From positions 9,107 through 73,106 of the IMG/VR virus record IMGVR_UViG_2524614578_000001: a stretch of DNA of 64,000 bases. One strand, written 5' to 3'. The DNA comes from a virus (taxonomy: Duplodnaviria > Caudoviricetes). This document shows positions 47,512-57,142 of this stretch, one piece after another. Positions within the stretch are counted from its first letter, which is position 1. Every line of letters begins with the position of its first letter. The notes under the pieces were generated by a model that saw nothing but the letters and a program-made list of their open reading frames with translations, ran no database searches and had not been told where the DNA came from. Position numbers and translations under genes: made by a program.

Positions 47512-48140
47512 GTGCTCCTCTTGGCGTCGCCTCGGTCGGGTTGGCCGCTGCTGTTCCCGGAGTGGTGCACCCATGCCCATGTGCGGCGGGGGATGTGCAC
47601 GATGCGGGCACCGGCCTTGACCAGTTCAACGGTGTGTTGGAAGTCCTCGCCGTATCGCTGGCCGTCGACGAGCGCGCCCGCGGGCGGCTCCCGGAACCCG
47701 ACGGCCTTGGCCAGGTCGGTGCGCTCCAGGGTGACGATGGTGGTCTGGTGCGGCCGGGCAGGGTCGAAGGCTTTCCCGAAGTGGCCGAGCGGATCGACGT
47801 GGGGGAGGGCCGGGCCGTCGGCCGCATGCACCATGTAGTAGGAGAACAGCACGTCAGCACCCCGGTAGACGCGCGCCCCGGCGGCGAGCGTCTTCAGGTG
47901 GTCGGGGTAGAACCAGTCGTCGCTGTCGAGGTAGGCGACCCACTCCGTACGGACGGCGTCGAGGGCCCGCTGCCGTGTAGCTGCCGCACCCTGCCCGTTG
48001 AGGTCGACGGCCACGGAGACGGCCGCCGCCGGGTACGTCTGCGCCGTCACCGACTTCAGTGCCCGGTCGAGCATGCCGTTCGCCACCCGCGCCGAGTGCG
48101 TCGGGATGACGACGGTGATGTCCAGGCGAGGCGCGGTCAC
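47508..48140 (-). CDS. Glycosyltransferase family 2
   Basis: ITVVIPT, ALKSVTAQT, YLDSDD, GED. Confidence 0.9.
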   Translation of the reverse strand: MTAPRLDITVVIPTHSARVANGMLDRALKSVTAQTYPAAAVSVAVDLNGQGAAATRQRALDAVRTEWVAYLDSDDWFYPDHLKTLAAGARVYRGADVLFSYYMVHAADGPALPHVDPLGHFGKAFDPARPHQTTIVTLERTDLAKAVGFREPPAGALVDGQRYGEDFQHTVELVKAGARIVHIPRRTWAWVHHSGNSSGQPDRGDAKRST

Positions 48141-48370
48141 GAGCCGTCGTCCGGTCGTGTCACAAGCGGTTCGGTCTCCCACTGGTCGGGGGTGATCTGC
48201 TCGGGCAGGTCGCCGATGATGCGCGTCCACCACTCGACGGTCTTGCCTCGCATCTCGACCTGCTTCTCGGGCGGCAGGTTGTGGATGCAGTCGCGGTGAT
48301 GCAGATGCTGGCCGCCGTTCGCGGCGCGCTTCCGCAGCGCGGCGATGATCAGATCCTTGGCGTCGCTCAT
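48137..48370 (-). CDS. Hypothetical protein
   Basis: Overlapping start/stop in operon. Confidence 0.6.
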   Translation of the reverse strand: MSDAKDLIIAALRKRAANGGQHLHHRDCIHNLPPEKQVEMRGKTVEWWTRIIGDLPEQITPDQWETEPLVTRPDDGS

Positions 48371-48555
48371 GGCCCGATTGCCTCCTGCCAGGCGACACTG
48401 CCCGGCTGATGCGTCGCTGCCAGCAGCGCGATGTGGGCGGCGTTGAAGTGCGTCTGCGCGGCGGACATATGCCGGGACGCCTCGTCCGGGGTCTCGGCCT
48501 TGTCGGCTTCCCGGATGTGCTTCTCGCCTTCACGGTAGTGTTCGGGACCTGTCAT
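48367..48555 (-). CDS. Hypothetical protein
   Basis: MTGPEHYREGE...; coupled. Confidence 0.6.
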   Translation of the reverse strand: MTGPEHYREGEKHIREADKAETPDEASRHMSAAQTHFNAAHIALLAATHQPGSVAWQEAIGP

Positions 48556-49076
48556 AGTCGTGTTCCTTCCGCCCAGGCGTAGGCGTCGCCGGGGTTCGCT
48601 CGGTACTCCACCGCCACGTGGTCGAAGCGGGCCGTCAGCGCCTCGTGCAGCGTCCCGGGCGGCACGTTGCCGTACCACTCGCCGGGCAGCGGCACAGGTC
48701 CGCCTGCGGCGCCGTGTCGCGGCCGTCCGTCCGAGGCGCAGGTGACGAACAGGAACTGCGGCCCGGCCGGGGCCAGCGCTTCGGCGCACGTCGTCAACAG
48801 TGACGGCCAGTCCTTGACGTGCTCCAGCACCTCCGTGCACACCACCACGTCGAACAGCGGGCCGTTGTCGGGCCAGGGACGGGTGCAGTCGTGCGTGATG
48901 TCCACGCCGGGACCCGGCTCGATATCCACGCCGGTCCACACAGCGTTCGGCAGCAGGCCGCGGATGGAGCCGTTGATGTCCCGGCCCCCAAGGTCGAGCA
49001 CGCGCCACGGCCGGTCGAGGTCAAGGCCCGAGGCATCGAGCGCGCGGGCGAGTCCGTCGCGGGCTTCGGGGTGCAT
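48552..49076 (-). CDS. Class I SAM-dependent methyltransferase
   Basis: VLDLGGRDING, GVDIEPGPGVD, FDVVVCTEVLEH. Confidence 0.88.
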   Translation of the reverse strand: MHPEARDGLARALDASGLDLDRPWRVLDLGGRDINGSIRGLLPNAVWTGVDIEPGPGVDITHDCTRPWPDNGPLFDVVVCTEVLEHVKDWPSLLTTCAEALAPAGPQFLFVTCASDGRPRHGAAGGPVPLPGEWYGNVPPGTLHEALTARFDHVAVEYRANPGDAYAWAEGTRL

Positions 49077-49768
49077 CAGTGCGGCGCCCTTCCCCACTTG
49101 GCGATGAACGTCTCCCGGTCCCGCGCCGCCTGCTCGTTCAGCTCGGGCCGGTCTCGCATCGAGCCGTTCGGGTCGCGGTGCTCGACGGCGAAGCCGGGAA
49201 CCAGCAGCGCGCCGCCGCGCTCACGTGCAGTCCAGTCGAGGTCGTCGTCCGAGTAGTGCCAGACCATCGACTCGTCGAGCCGGAGATCAGCCTCACCGCG
49301 CAGCATGTAGGCGTAGCCGGTGATGCGTTGCCGCAGGTCGACAGGCTCGGCCTTCGTGTGGAGGATCTGCTCGGTGCCGCCGCACTGGTCGGGATAGGCG
49401 AGCACCGCCGTGGTGGCGCGCATCGCCGCAGACAGGGCGTCCACCCAGCCGGGCGGGACGACGACATCGGAGTTGAGGACGACGACGTCCCACTCCCGCG
49501 CACCGTGGCAGTAAGCCTCGTGGTCTGCCTCGTAGATCCCGATGTTCCACAGGCGGCTGATGTTCGGTGGGTCCATCTCGGCGCGCGTGACAGCGACCAA
49601 TGCCCGGTCCATGGTGATCGGCCACTGGCTCATGCTGATCGCCGGGGAGGACTCGTTGTCGATGACCAACACTGTGTCGACCTGTTCGACGATTGAGTCG
49701 ACGCAGTCGCGCAGCATGTCGTGGCGGTCCCGGGTCGGGACCACCGCGACACGGAAGGGCCGGTTCAC
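49076..49768 (-). CDS. Glycosyltransferase family 2
   Basis: VVPTRDR, VIDNES, WNIG, LNSD, YSDDDL. Confidence 0.85.
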   Translation of the reverse strand: MNRPFRVAVVPTRDRHDMLRDCVDSIVEQVDTVLVIDNESSPAISMSQWPITMDRALVAVTRAEMDPPNISRLWNIGIYEADHEAYCHGAREWDVVVLNSDVVVPPGWVDALSAAMRATTAVLAYPDQCGGTEQILHTKAEPVDLRQRITGYAYMLRGEADLRLDESMVWHYSDDDLDWTARERGGALLVPGFAVEHRDPNGSMRDRPELNEQAARDRETFIAKWGRAPH

Positions 49769-50805
49769 ACCGCCACCTCGGCGACCGTCATGCCCAGCCA
49801 CTCCGGGTGCGTCAGCGTCCAGGCGACCGTCTTCTTCAACGACTCCTCCAACCCAATCGGCGCCGTCCAGCCCGTCGCGGCGAGCTTGCTGCCGTCGAGC
49901 CCGTATCGAAGATCGTGACCAGGCCGGCTGGAGTGGAAGTCGACGAGGTCCAACTGCGGCTCGTCGATGCCCAGATGCCCGGCCAGCAGCCGCACCATCT
50001 CGACGTTGTCCACCTCCCGCTCGCCCACGATGTGGAAGCGCGACGGCCGCTCGTCCCCCGCGTTGTACGACTGCGGGGTGTGCGTGCGCAGCAGGTGCAG
50101 CCAGGCGTCGGCGAGGTTTCGGGCGTGCAGATAGAAGCGGGACCCGGGCCGAGCCTCGGGCGAGACGTGGACGGTGACGGGCTCGCGGCGAAGCAGCGCG
50201 CGGAGCGTCTTGGGGATGAACTTCTCGACGTCCTGCTGCTCGCCGACGATGTTCATCGTGTTGGTGATGACGACGGGCACGCCGTACGTCCGCCAGTACG
50301 TGAAGCACACCGCTTCCTGTGCGGCCTTGCTCGCCGAGTACGGGTTGGAGGGGGCGATGGTGTCCCACTCGCGGTGCTCGTAGCCGTCCGGTGCCGGCCC
50401 GTACACCTCGTCCGTCGACATCTGCATGACCACGGCGGGACGGGCTGTGCGGGCGTAGTCGAGAACGTTCGTCATCAGGCGGACGTTGTTCTCGATGAAC
50501 GCGCCAGGCAGCTCGATGCTGCGGTCGACGTGCGACTCGGAGGCGACGTTGAGGATGTAGTCGACGCGGCCGAACCGCGCCGCGGTGACCGGGTCGATCG
50601 GCGCGGTGAGGTCGCAGTAGATGACGTCGACCCGCTCCCACCACTCAGGGTGGTCCTCCAGCGCGGACGCGATTCGCTTCGGGACGCCTCGGTGCCGGAA
50701 GGTGACCGGCGCGGAGATCGTCCAGTCGGTGTTGGTTAGGAGGTGCCGCAGGACATGCGACCCGACGAAGCCCGAACATCCTGTGAGCAGCACATGCTTC
50801 GTCAT
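49765..50805 (-). CDS. rmlB: dTDP-glucose 4,6-dehydratase
   Basis: TGCSGFVG, ESHVDRSI, STDEVYG, NPYSASKA, RPGHDLRY. Confidence 0.9.
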   Translation of the reverse strand: MTKHVLLTGCSGFVGSHVLRHLLTNTDWTISAPVTFRHRGVPKRIASALEDHPEWWERVDVIYCDLTAPIDPVTAARFGRVDYILNVASESHVDRSIELPGAFIENNVRLMTNVLDYARTARPAVVMQMSTDEVYGPAPDGYEHREWDTIAPSNPYSASKAAQEAVCFTYWRTYGVPVVITNTMNIVGEQQDVEKFIPKTLRALLRREPVTVHVSPEARPGSRFYLHARNLADAWLHLLRTHTPQSYNAGDERPSRFHIVGEREVDNVEMVRLLAGHLGIDEPQLDLVDFHSSRPGHDLRYGLDGSKLAATGWTAPIGLEESLKKTVAWTLTHPEWLGMTVAEVAV

Positions 50806-51794
50806 CCGAGGATCGCTTTCTGCCAGAGGGGTGCGGTGGCGGTGATGGTGTGGCCGCGGGCTTGTTCGCGGGCGGCGGCGCCCATCTCGCGCCGGAGGTC
50901 AGGGTCGTTGACGAGGACGCGCAGGTGCTTGGCCCATTCGTGGTCGCGGTGCACGAGGAACCCGGTCTCGCCGTGGCGTACGTAGCCCTCGTATGGGCGG
51001 ACGGCGGATGCGACGACGGGGATACCGAGCGCCCCGACTTCGAGGGCTTTCAGCGCCGATTTGGCCTGGTTGAACAGGTGGGGCCGGAGCGGGGCGATGC
51101 CGACGTGGTAGTCGATGGCCCGCAGGAAGTCGTCGACACAAGGCACCCACGGCGTGGCCCGGGTCTGCGCTGGGGGGACGCGCATCCAGGAGGCGTAGTC
51201 GACGCCTATGCAGTGGAGTTCGCAGTCGGAGTTGCGGGTGAAGAAGCGGCGCAGTTCGCTGGCGGCCTGGGCGAAGTCCATCTGGTGTGTGGCGGATCCG
51301 CCCCAGCCGATGGTGAGGACGCCGTCGTCGCGGCGGGCCGGCTCGTGCTCAACGAGCCAGTCGGGGACGGCGTTCGGTACGACGTGCACGTTGCTGTTCC
51401 AGGTAGAGACGCGCTCGGCGAGGGGCTCGGTCGTGACGGTGACGGCGTGCGCAACGCGGATGTTCCGTTCCAGGTTGGCGCGGACCTCGGGGTTGGCGAA
51501 GAACCGGTGCGCGGTGGGCGAGCTGGCGTCGACGTTCCACAGGTCGTCGTCGATCTCGAACACCAGCCGGCGGCCCTGCTTGGCGAGGTGCTGCCACATG
51601 ACGGTGGGGTCGGGCTTGCACACGCGCTGCCCGACGATGACCGTGTCGACGTTGTCGCGCACGGAGTTGGGCATCCGCATACTGGCCGCGGTGCGGTGGC
51701 CGAGCTCGGCCAGGCCCTGCATCGGGAGCGCGACACGGTAGGTGCCGCAACCGGTCTCGTCGGCCTGCCAGCCGAACACGTCGAGGGCGGTCAC
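50802..51794 (-). CDS. Glycosyltransferase family 4 (GT-B)
   Basis: FEIDDDLW, IGWGGS..H, KSALKALE...GIPVVAS, GETGFL. Confidence 0.88.
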   Translation of the reverse strand: MTALDVFGWQADETGCGTYRVALPMQGLAELGHRTAASMRMPNSVRDNVDTVIVGQRVCKPDPTVMWQHLAKQGRRLVFEIDDDLWNVDASSPTAHRFFANPEVRANLERNIRVAHAVTVTTEPLAERVSTWNSNVHVVPNAVPDWLVEHEPARRDDGVLTIGWGGSATHQMDFAQAASELRRFFTRNSDCELHCIGVDYASWMRVPPAQTRATPWVPCVDDFLRAIDYHVGIAPLRPHLFNQAKSALKALEVGALGIPVVASAVRPYEGYVRHGETGFLVHRDHEWAKHLRVLVNDPDLRREMGAAAREQARGHTITATAPLWQKAILG

Positions 51795-52027
51795 TCGTCT
51801 TCCTCCACCCTGCGGTAACGGCCGTGCTCGATCTCCAGGGAGGCGGACAGCATGCCGACTGCGCTGATCCAGTCGAGACTTTCGGAGGTGCCTTTGACGA
51901 GGGACACGTCACCGTCGGCTTTGATGACCTTGGCCATCACCATGACATCGGTGACCATGTCGCCTTCGTCGAGGTCGAGGGTGGCGCCGAGGCTGTCGAG
52001 GAGCTGGCCCACAGACTGCGCGGTCAT
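51791..52027 (-). CDS. Hypothetical protein
   Basis: Coupled ORF. Confidence 0.65.
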   Translation of the reverse strand: MTAQSVGQLLDSLGATLDLDEGDMVTDVMVMAKVIKADGDVSLVKGTSESLDWISAVGMLSASLEIEHGRYRRVEEDE

Positions 52028-53013
52028 CGGCGCGCCCGGCCCGTGCGTTCGGCGCGGTGGATCTCATCTCGGACGATGGCCCGGATGTTCTCCCCAGTGC
52101 CGTGTCGCACCCAGGACCGGGCGTCGTCGCGTTCCTGCCGCAGCCGGGCCAGTTCGGGTTCGACGGCGGCAAGCATGTACAGGGTGAGGCCCGGTTCGAC
52201 GTTGCCCTCGCCGCTGGCCCTGTGGATGGTGACCGCTCGCTCGTGTTCGGCCTGGGCTACGAGCATCCGGTCGGCGAGCGTCGCGTCCGCCGTGGCCGTA
52301 GTGGCAGAGTCGTCGAGCTGGACGTAGCAGTCCGGGCGGTGCGTGAACCCTCCGGTCGTCGGGTCGCACTCGCCCATGCAGTCGTCGCCGGGGAACTCCC
52401 TGTCGAACTGCTCGGCCATCGGCTTGCTGTACGCCTTGGTGACGAGTCCCATGAGCCGCGAGGCATCCTCGCTGTCGTCGCGCGGGGTGTCCGCAGCAGC
52501 GCGCAGCCGCTCGTTCTCCTCTTCCAGCGAGCGAATCTTGTGGTGAGTCTTCTCCTTGAGCGCAGCGAACTTCTCGGGCCAGTTCCCGCCCTCGTCGTCC
52601 CGCACCGGCGCCTGTTCGCAGCGCCTGGCGTACGTGTGCCCCTCCGAACACTCCCCGCCGCAGCGGTCCGCGCCGCTGGGCGTGAGGAGCTGCTCGACAT
52701 GGCGCAGGGTGGCCCACATGCGGTCCCATTCGCCGAGGCCGATGCCGTACACCGCCACCTGCTTCTCAGGCTCCGGCTGCGGTTGGGTGTTCGCGCGTAT
52801 CGCGCTGTCGATGAACGCCTCGGCGTTCCGTCGGGCGTACACCTCGTCGAAGTCGTGGTCGTAGTCGGATGCGTCATGGTCGTGCCGCTCGAACGTGACG
52901 ATGGCGTCGACGAGGTATTCGCGGAAGCCGGTCGCGGGTGAGGGGAACTGGCCGTTCACCGGCGGAGTCTTGCCCTGCTCGGGGGTGCTGTCGGTCGCGG
53001 GATTGCTGTTCAT
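52024..53013 (-). CDS. Hypothetical protein, first gene of the antisense operon
   Basis: 329 aa, coiled coils, two C..C...H motifs. Confidence 0.65.
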   Translation of the reverse strand: MNSNPATDSTPEQGKTPPVNGQFPSPATGFREYLVDAIVTFERHDHDASDYDHDFDEVYARRNAEAFIDSAIRANTQPQPEPEKQVAVYGIGLGEWDRMWATLRHVEQLLTPSGADRCGGECSEGHTYARRCEQAPVRDDEGGNWPEKFAALKEKTHHKIRSLEEENERLRAAADTPRDDSEDASRLMGLVTKAYSKPMAEQFDREFPGDDCMGECDPTTGGFTHRPDCYVQLDDSATTATADATLADRMLVAQAEHERAVTIHRASGEGNVEPGLTLYMLAAVEPELARLRQERDDARSWVRHGTGENIRAIVRDEIHRAERTGRARR

Positions 53014-53162
53014 GGGGTCTCCAGTGCGGGTGGAGTGTGCGGGTTGGAGCGGCGGGGCGCACGGACCCGCACGGCCATGGGCCCCGCCGCCGGGTCGGAC
53101 CGTGACCCTGAACCCAGCCTAGCCCTATGCCTGCGAATCGCAGGCTATCTAGGGTCAACGGT

Positions 53163-53193
53163 CTACGATTCGAAGGAGAAGTCATCGAATCGG
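53163..53193 (+). promoter_or_regulatory. Putative late promoter/operator, copy 2
   Basis: CTACGATTCGAAGG-N9-CGAATCGG. Confidence 0.55.
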
Positions 53194-53201
53194 GAGCCCG
53201 C

Positions 53202-54131
53202 ATGGCCACACCACTCAGCGCCAACGCGATCGTCGCCGCCCTCCGCGCCGAAGGACTGACCGTCCACGAACACAGCGGCTGGCGCACCCACAATCGCGAC
53301 TCCGCCACTGGCAAGAAGTTCGGGCCCGTCCACGGCGTCCTCATCCACCACACCGCCGGACACGGCGACAAGGAACTCTGCTACCGAGGACGCTCCGACC
53401 TGCCCGGACCGCTCTGCCACTCCTGGCTCGGCAAGACCGCCGGCCTGTGGATGATCGGTCACGGCCGCGCCAACCACGCCGGCGGCGTCGACTACGACGT
53501 ACTCCAGGCGCTCATCGCGGAGAAGGCGAAGCTGCCCCCGGACAACGACACCCGGGCCGACGGCAACGACTCCCTGTACGGCCTGGAGATCGAGAACTAC
53601 GGCAACGGGAAGGACCCGTACCCGGCTGCCCAATACCGGCAGGCCGTGTTGTGGGCCGCCGCACTGTGCCGCGCGCACGGCTGGACCGAGCGAAGCATCG
53701 CCGGACACAAGGAGATGCAGCCCGGGAAGATCGACCCCAGCTTCGACATGGCGGTGTTCCGCGCTGACGTGAAGAAGCAGCTCGCGTCGAAGCCCGGCGG
53801 CAAGCCGACCGTTCCCGACCCGAAGCCGACTCCCAGCAAGCCGCGCGTTGACCTGTCGAAGCTGGTGTCGGCAGCGAAGGCCGACCCGCCCGCTAAGCAG
53901 GGCCACGTCACGTACATGGCAGGCACCAACCTGGTGGAAGCCGCCCTCGTCAAGGAGAAGTTGCTCGGCAAGACCTACGCCGGGGACGGCTCCTTCGGCT
54001 CGGTGACAGTCAGGGCGTACGCCGCCTGGCAGCGCCGCCTCGGCTACAGCGGGCGGGACGCCGACGGCATCCCCGGCATGGCCTCCCTCAAGAAGCTCGG
54101 CTCGAAGCACGGCTTCGACGTCGTCGCCTGA
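53202..54131 (+). CDS. Endolysin: N-acetylmuramoyl-L-alanine amidase + peptidoglycan-binding domain
   Basis: IHHTAG, ANHAG, GLEIEN, GHKE..PGKIDP; DGSFG..T...WQ. Confidence 0.92.
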   Translation: MATPLSANAIVAALRAEGLTVHEHSGWRTHNRDSATGKKFGPVHGVLIHHTAGHGDKELCYRGRSDLPGPLCHSWLGKTAGLWMIGHGRANHAGGVDYDVLQALIAEKAKLPPDNDTRADGNDSLYGLEIENYGNGKDPYPAAQYRQAVLWAAALCRAHGWTERSIAGHKEMQPGKIDPSFDMAVFRADVKKQLASKPGGKPTVPDPKPTPSKPRVDLSKLVSAAKADPPAKQGHVTYMAGTNLVEAALVKEKLLGKTYAGDGSFGSVTVRAYAAWQRRLGYSGRDADGIPGMASLKKLGSKHGFDVVA

Positions 54132-54147
54132 CGAGAACGGACCCGGC

Positions 54148-54882
54148 ATGGCCAAGTCCATCACCCCGAAGTCCCGCGAAACCGCTGCCACAGTGCAGGC
54201 GCAGGCAGAGAAGGCGCTCACACACTGGCGGTTCATCCCCGCGGTGGAGAAGAAGCACGGCCTCACCGCCAACCTGCTCCTCGCCGTCGGCAGCAGGGAG
54301 ACGAACCTGCGGGACGTCGTTGGCGACGGTGGCCACGGACACGGCGTCTGGCAGATCGACGACCGCTGGCACAAGGTCCCGTCCGGCGTCGAAGCCCAAG
54401 CCGACTACGCCGCCGCACTGCTGGCCGCGAACTACAAGGCGCTGAAGTCCTGGCCGAACGCGGTCGCCGCCTACAACGCGGGCCTCACCGGTGTGAAGAC
54501 GGCTCTCGCCGCAGGCAAGTCCGCGGACAGTGCGACGACCGGCGGCGACTACGCGGCGGACGTTCTCGGGTGGCAGGCCCACATGAAGGGTGTAGCCCCG
54601 CCGCGGCCCAAGAAGTGGCTCAAGGTCACCGGCTACATGCCGGAGTTGAGGCACGGCGACAGCGGCTGGTACGTGGGCTGGCTCCAGCGCAACATCAACC
54701 GGCTGGTGGACCCGAACGTGAAGGTCACCGGCACGTACGACGACGCCACCGCCAAGGCCGTCCACGCCTTCTACAAGCAGGAGTTGAACTACACCACGAC
54801 CACCGGCGGCCGGGTGTTCGGCGCCGACGGCTGGCGGCGGGTGCTGTCTGTCGCCAAGGACTCGAAGGGCAACAACGCCTGA
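54148..54882 (+). CDS. Second muralytic enzyme (lysozyme/SLT-like) + peptidoglycan-binding domain
   Basis: SRETN, GHGVWQID.R.H, AAYNAG, DYAADV; LRHGDSG..V..LQ. Confidence 0.8.
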   Translation: MAKSITPKSRETAATVQAQAEKALTHWRFIPAVEKKHGLTANLLLAVGSRETNLRDVVGDGGHGHGVWQIDDRWHKVPSGVEAQADYAAALLAANYKALKSWPNAVAAYNAGLTGVKTALAAGKSADSATTGGDYAADVLGWQAHMKGVAPPRPKKWLKVTGYMPELRHGDSGWYVGWLQRNINRLVDPNVKVTGTYDDATAKAVHAFYKQELNYTTTTGGRVFGADGWRRVLSVAKDSKGNNA

Positions 54883-54936
54883 CCCCTCACAAGCGGAACC
54901 ATCCTGTTCCATTTCTTCTCCAGAACGGAACCTGCC

Positions 54937-55296
54937 ATGAAGATCTTCGGTCGTGAACCCGCCCTGTGGCTCGGCATGCTGGCCGCACTCCTCAAGATGC
55001 TCACCGCGTTCGGCCTCGACGTCACCGAGACACAGCAGACCCTCGTCAACGCCTTCGCCGCCGCCGCCGTCGGCGTCATCCTCGCCGTCGTCGCCAAGGT
55101 CGGCGCCGTCGCCGCCGCGATACTCCAGGCCGCACAGGCAGCCATGGCCCTGTTCGTCGGCTTCGGCCTCAACTGGGGCACCGAGAAGCAGGGCATGGTG
55201 ATGGCCGTCGTCGCCGCCGCCCTCGCCCTGTACGAGCGCACCCAGGTCGAAGCCCCGGTGCCGCCCGGAATCCCCGCCGAGCAGGCCAAGGGCTGA
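54937..55296 (+). CDS. Holin
   Basis: GREPAL; four hydrophobic segments; RTQV.P. Confidence 0.75.
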   Translation: MKIFGREPALWLGMLAALLKMLTAFGLDVTETQQTLVNAFAAAAVGVILAVVAKVGAVAAAILQAAQAAMALFVGFGLNWGTEKQGMVMAVVAAALALYERTQVEAPVPPGIPAEQAKG

Positions 55297-55721
55297 TGCC
55301 ACGCGAGCTGCGGAGGCTCGCACACCTCGTAGGCCGCCGAGGTGCGACACTCCTCCTCCTCGGCGGCCTCGTCACCCTGTACGGCGTAGGCCAGTTGGCC
55401 AAGCCGATCCCCAACAAGTCCGGGATTCGACTGCTGTTGATGGTCATGGACCTGGATTGCTGGTCGTGGACATGGATCGGCGCCGGCCTGCTCGCTATCT
55501 TCTGCGCCTTCCTCCGCCCCGGCCGCGACTGGCCCGGGTTCACCGGCTTGTGGCTGGCCACCGTGCCATGGGCCCTCAGCTTCTTCGTCTCGTGGTGGCC
55601 CCTCTACGACAACCCCCGCGGCTGGATCAGCGCAGCGATCTTCGCCGCGTTCGGGACGTTGCCGCTTGTACTCGTCGGCTGGGATGAGCCAGCCCGGCGC
55701 GAATCCCCGGAGAGCCCATGA
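55296..55721 (+). CDS. Lysis-cassette multi-TM protein
   Basis: GRRG..LL; four TM segments. Confidence 0.7.
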   Translation: MPRELRRLAHLVGRRGATLLLLGGLVTLYGVGQLAKPIPNKSGIRLLLMVMDLDCWSWTWIGAGLLAIFCAFLRPGRDWPGFTGLWLATVPWALSFFVSWWPLYDNPRGWISAAIFAAFGTLPLVLVGWDEPARRESPESP

Positions 55722-56083
55722 GTAGCGCGATGGTGACCGCCCTGTCGGCCCTGGGGGTGGCGATCGTGACCGCCCTCGGCGGGATCGTCGTCGCCGTGGT
55801 GGGGCGCCGCCAGCCGCGAGGGCAGTCACGCCGCGACGACTTCACAGTGGTCACCGAGCGGCAGGACAAGGAGATAGCCCGATTGGAGGCCCGCATCGAG
55901 AGCGCCGAAGTGAAGATCTCAGGCCAGGAAGCGAAGATCTCCGGGCAGTCGGCGGCGATCACGTACTTGCAAGCGTGGACCCGGACGCTGGTTGCCGTGG
56001 TCCGTGGCTCTGGGCAGCAGGTGCCGCAGCCAGCGCCGGTGCCGGAGGAAGCACGGCCCTACCTGTACGACATCGGTGTGTGA
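55718..56083 (+). CDS. Lysis-cassette TM + coiled-coil protein
   Basis: N-terminal TM, heptads, Pro-rich end. Confidence 0.7.
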   Translation: MSSAMVTALSALGVAIVTALGGIVVAVVGRRQPRGQSRRDDFTVVTERQDKEIARLEARIESAEVKISGQEAKISGQSAAITYLQAWTRTLVAVVRGSGQQVPQPAPVPEEARPYLYDIGV

Positions 56084-56219
56084 GACGCCTCAACGCCGTT
56101 ACGTATCCGTGTAGTTGAGCCCGCAACTATCCTTATTCCGGTTGCGTCCAACCAGTGAACGCCGCGTGAAGGCGCCGCAACGGGCGGCGTCCCCCCACAA
56201 CTTCATAGGGAGAACCCGC

Positions 56220-56921
56220 ATGCTCAGACGCCCTGCCATCGTCGCTGCCGCGATAGCCGCCACTGTCGCACTCACCGCCACCCAAGCCAGCGCCGTCACG
56301 GTCACCACCGTCGGCTCCGGCTGGAAGGTCTTCACGGCGAAGAACGTCACCTCGATCAAGCCGTCGCAGCAGTACACGGTCACCTTCGAGTCGACCGCGA
56401 CGAAGAACCTCACCGCCAAGTACCTCGCCCAAGCCGTGCCGCAGATCAACGCGGCCGGCGTCAAGCTGACTGTCGGCGGTGTCGAGACCGTCGCAGCAGG
56501 CAAGTGCGCCCCGCGGGGCCACATCCACGTGACCCGCGTCTACCAGCCCCTCGGCAAGAAGGGTTTCTCCCGGGCGCTGCCGTGCTACGACACCACCGAC
56601 AACAGTGCGTTCGGGGGGATCGTGCAGATGGACTCCGAGTATTACGACGGCCGCAACACGCTGCCGACGGCGAACATGTGGAACGTCCACGTCCACGAGA
56701 TGCTGCACGTCCTCGGCCTGGACCACCCCAACGTCGACCTGAACCGGGACGGCACGGTGGCCGACTACGAGTGCGTGCAGACCAGCTACAAGAACAAGCC
56801 GCTCATGTGCTCCCCGAGCGGGGGCTACAAGACGGCCACCAACCAAGGCAAGCTGCTGGCCTACGACATCAACGGGCTGAAGGCGCTCCTCGCCAACGCG
56901 AAGGTGCAGGGCATCAAGTGA
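56220..56921 (+). CDS. Secreted zinc metallopeptidase (metzincin)
   Basis: Signal peptide ending ASA; HEMLHVLGLDH; PLM Met-turn. Confidence 0.85.
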   Translation: MLRRPAIVAAAIAATVALTATQASAVTVTTVGSGWKVFTAKNVTSIKPSQQYTVTFESTATKNLTAKYLAQAVPQINAAGVKLTVGGVETVAAGKCAPRGHIHVTRVYQPLGKKGFSRALPCYDTTDNSAFGGIVQMDSEYYDGRNTLPTANMWNVHVHEMLHVLGLDHPNVDLNRDGTVADYECVQTSYKNKPLMCSPSGGYKTATNQGKLLAYDINGLKALLANAKVQGIK

Positions 56922-57142
56922 AAGAGTCGGAGAAGACGCTCGTCATCATCCTGTGCTTCCTGATCGCGGTCGCCCTGTACCTGCTGATCGCCACGTTCCA
57001 CGGCGCGAGCAGCGCCTAGACCGCCCGTACTGTCGGCGCCTGCTGGGACACTGGACGTATCCACATCAACCCATGCTGGCTGCTGCGGCGAAGTGGACGG
57101 CCCCGCCACCACGGCGGGGCCAACTCTCTACCTGGAGGTGGG

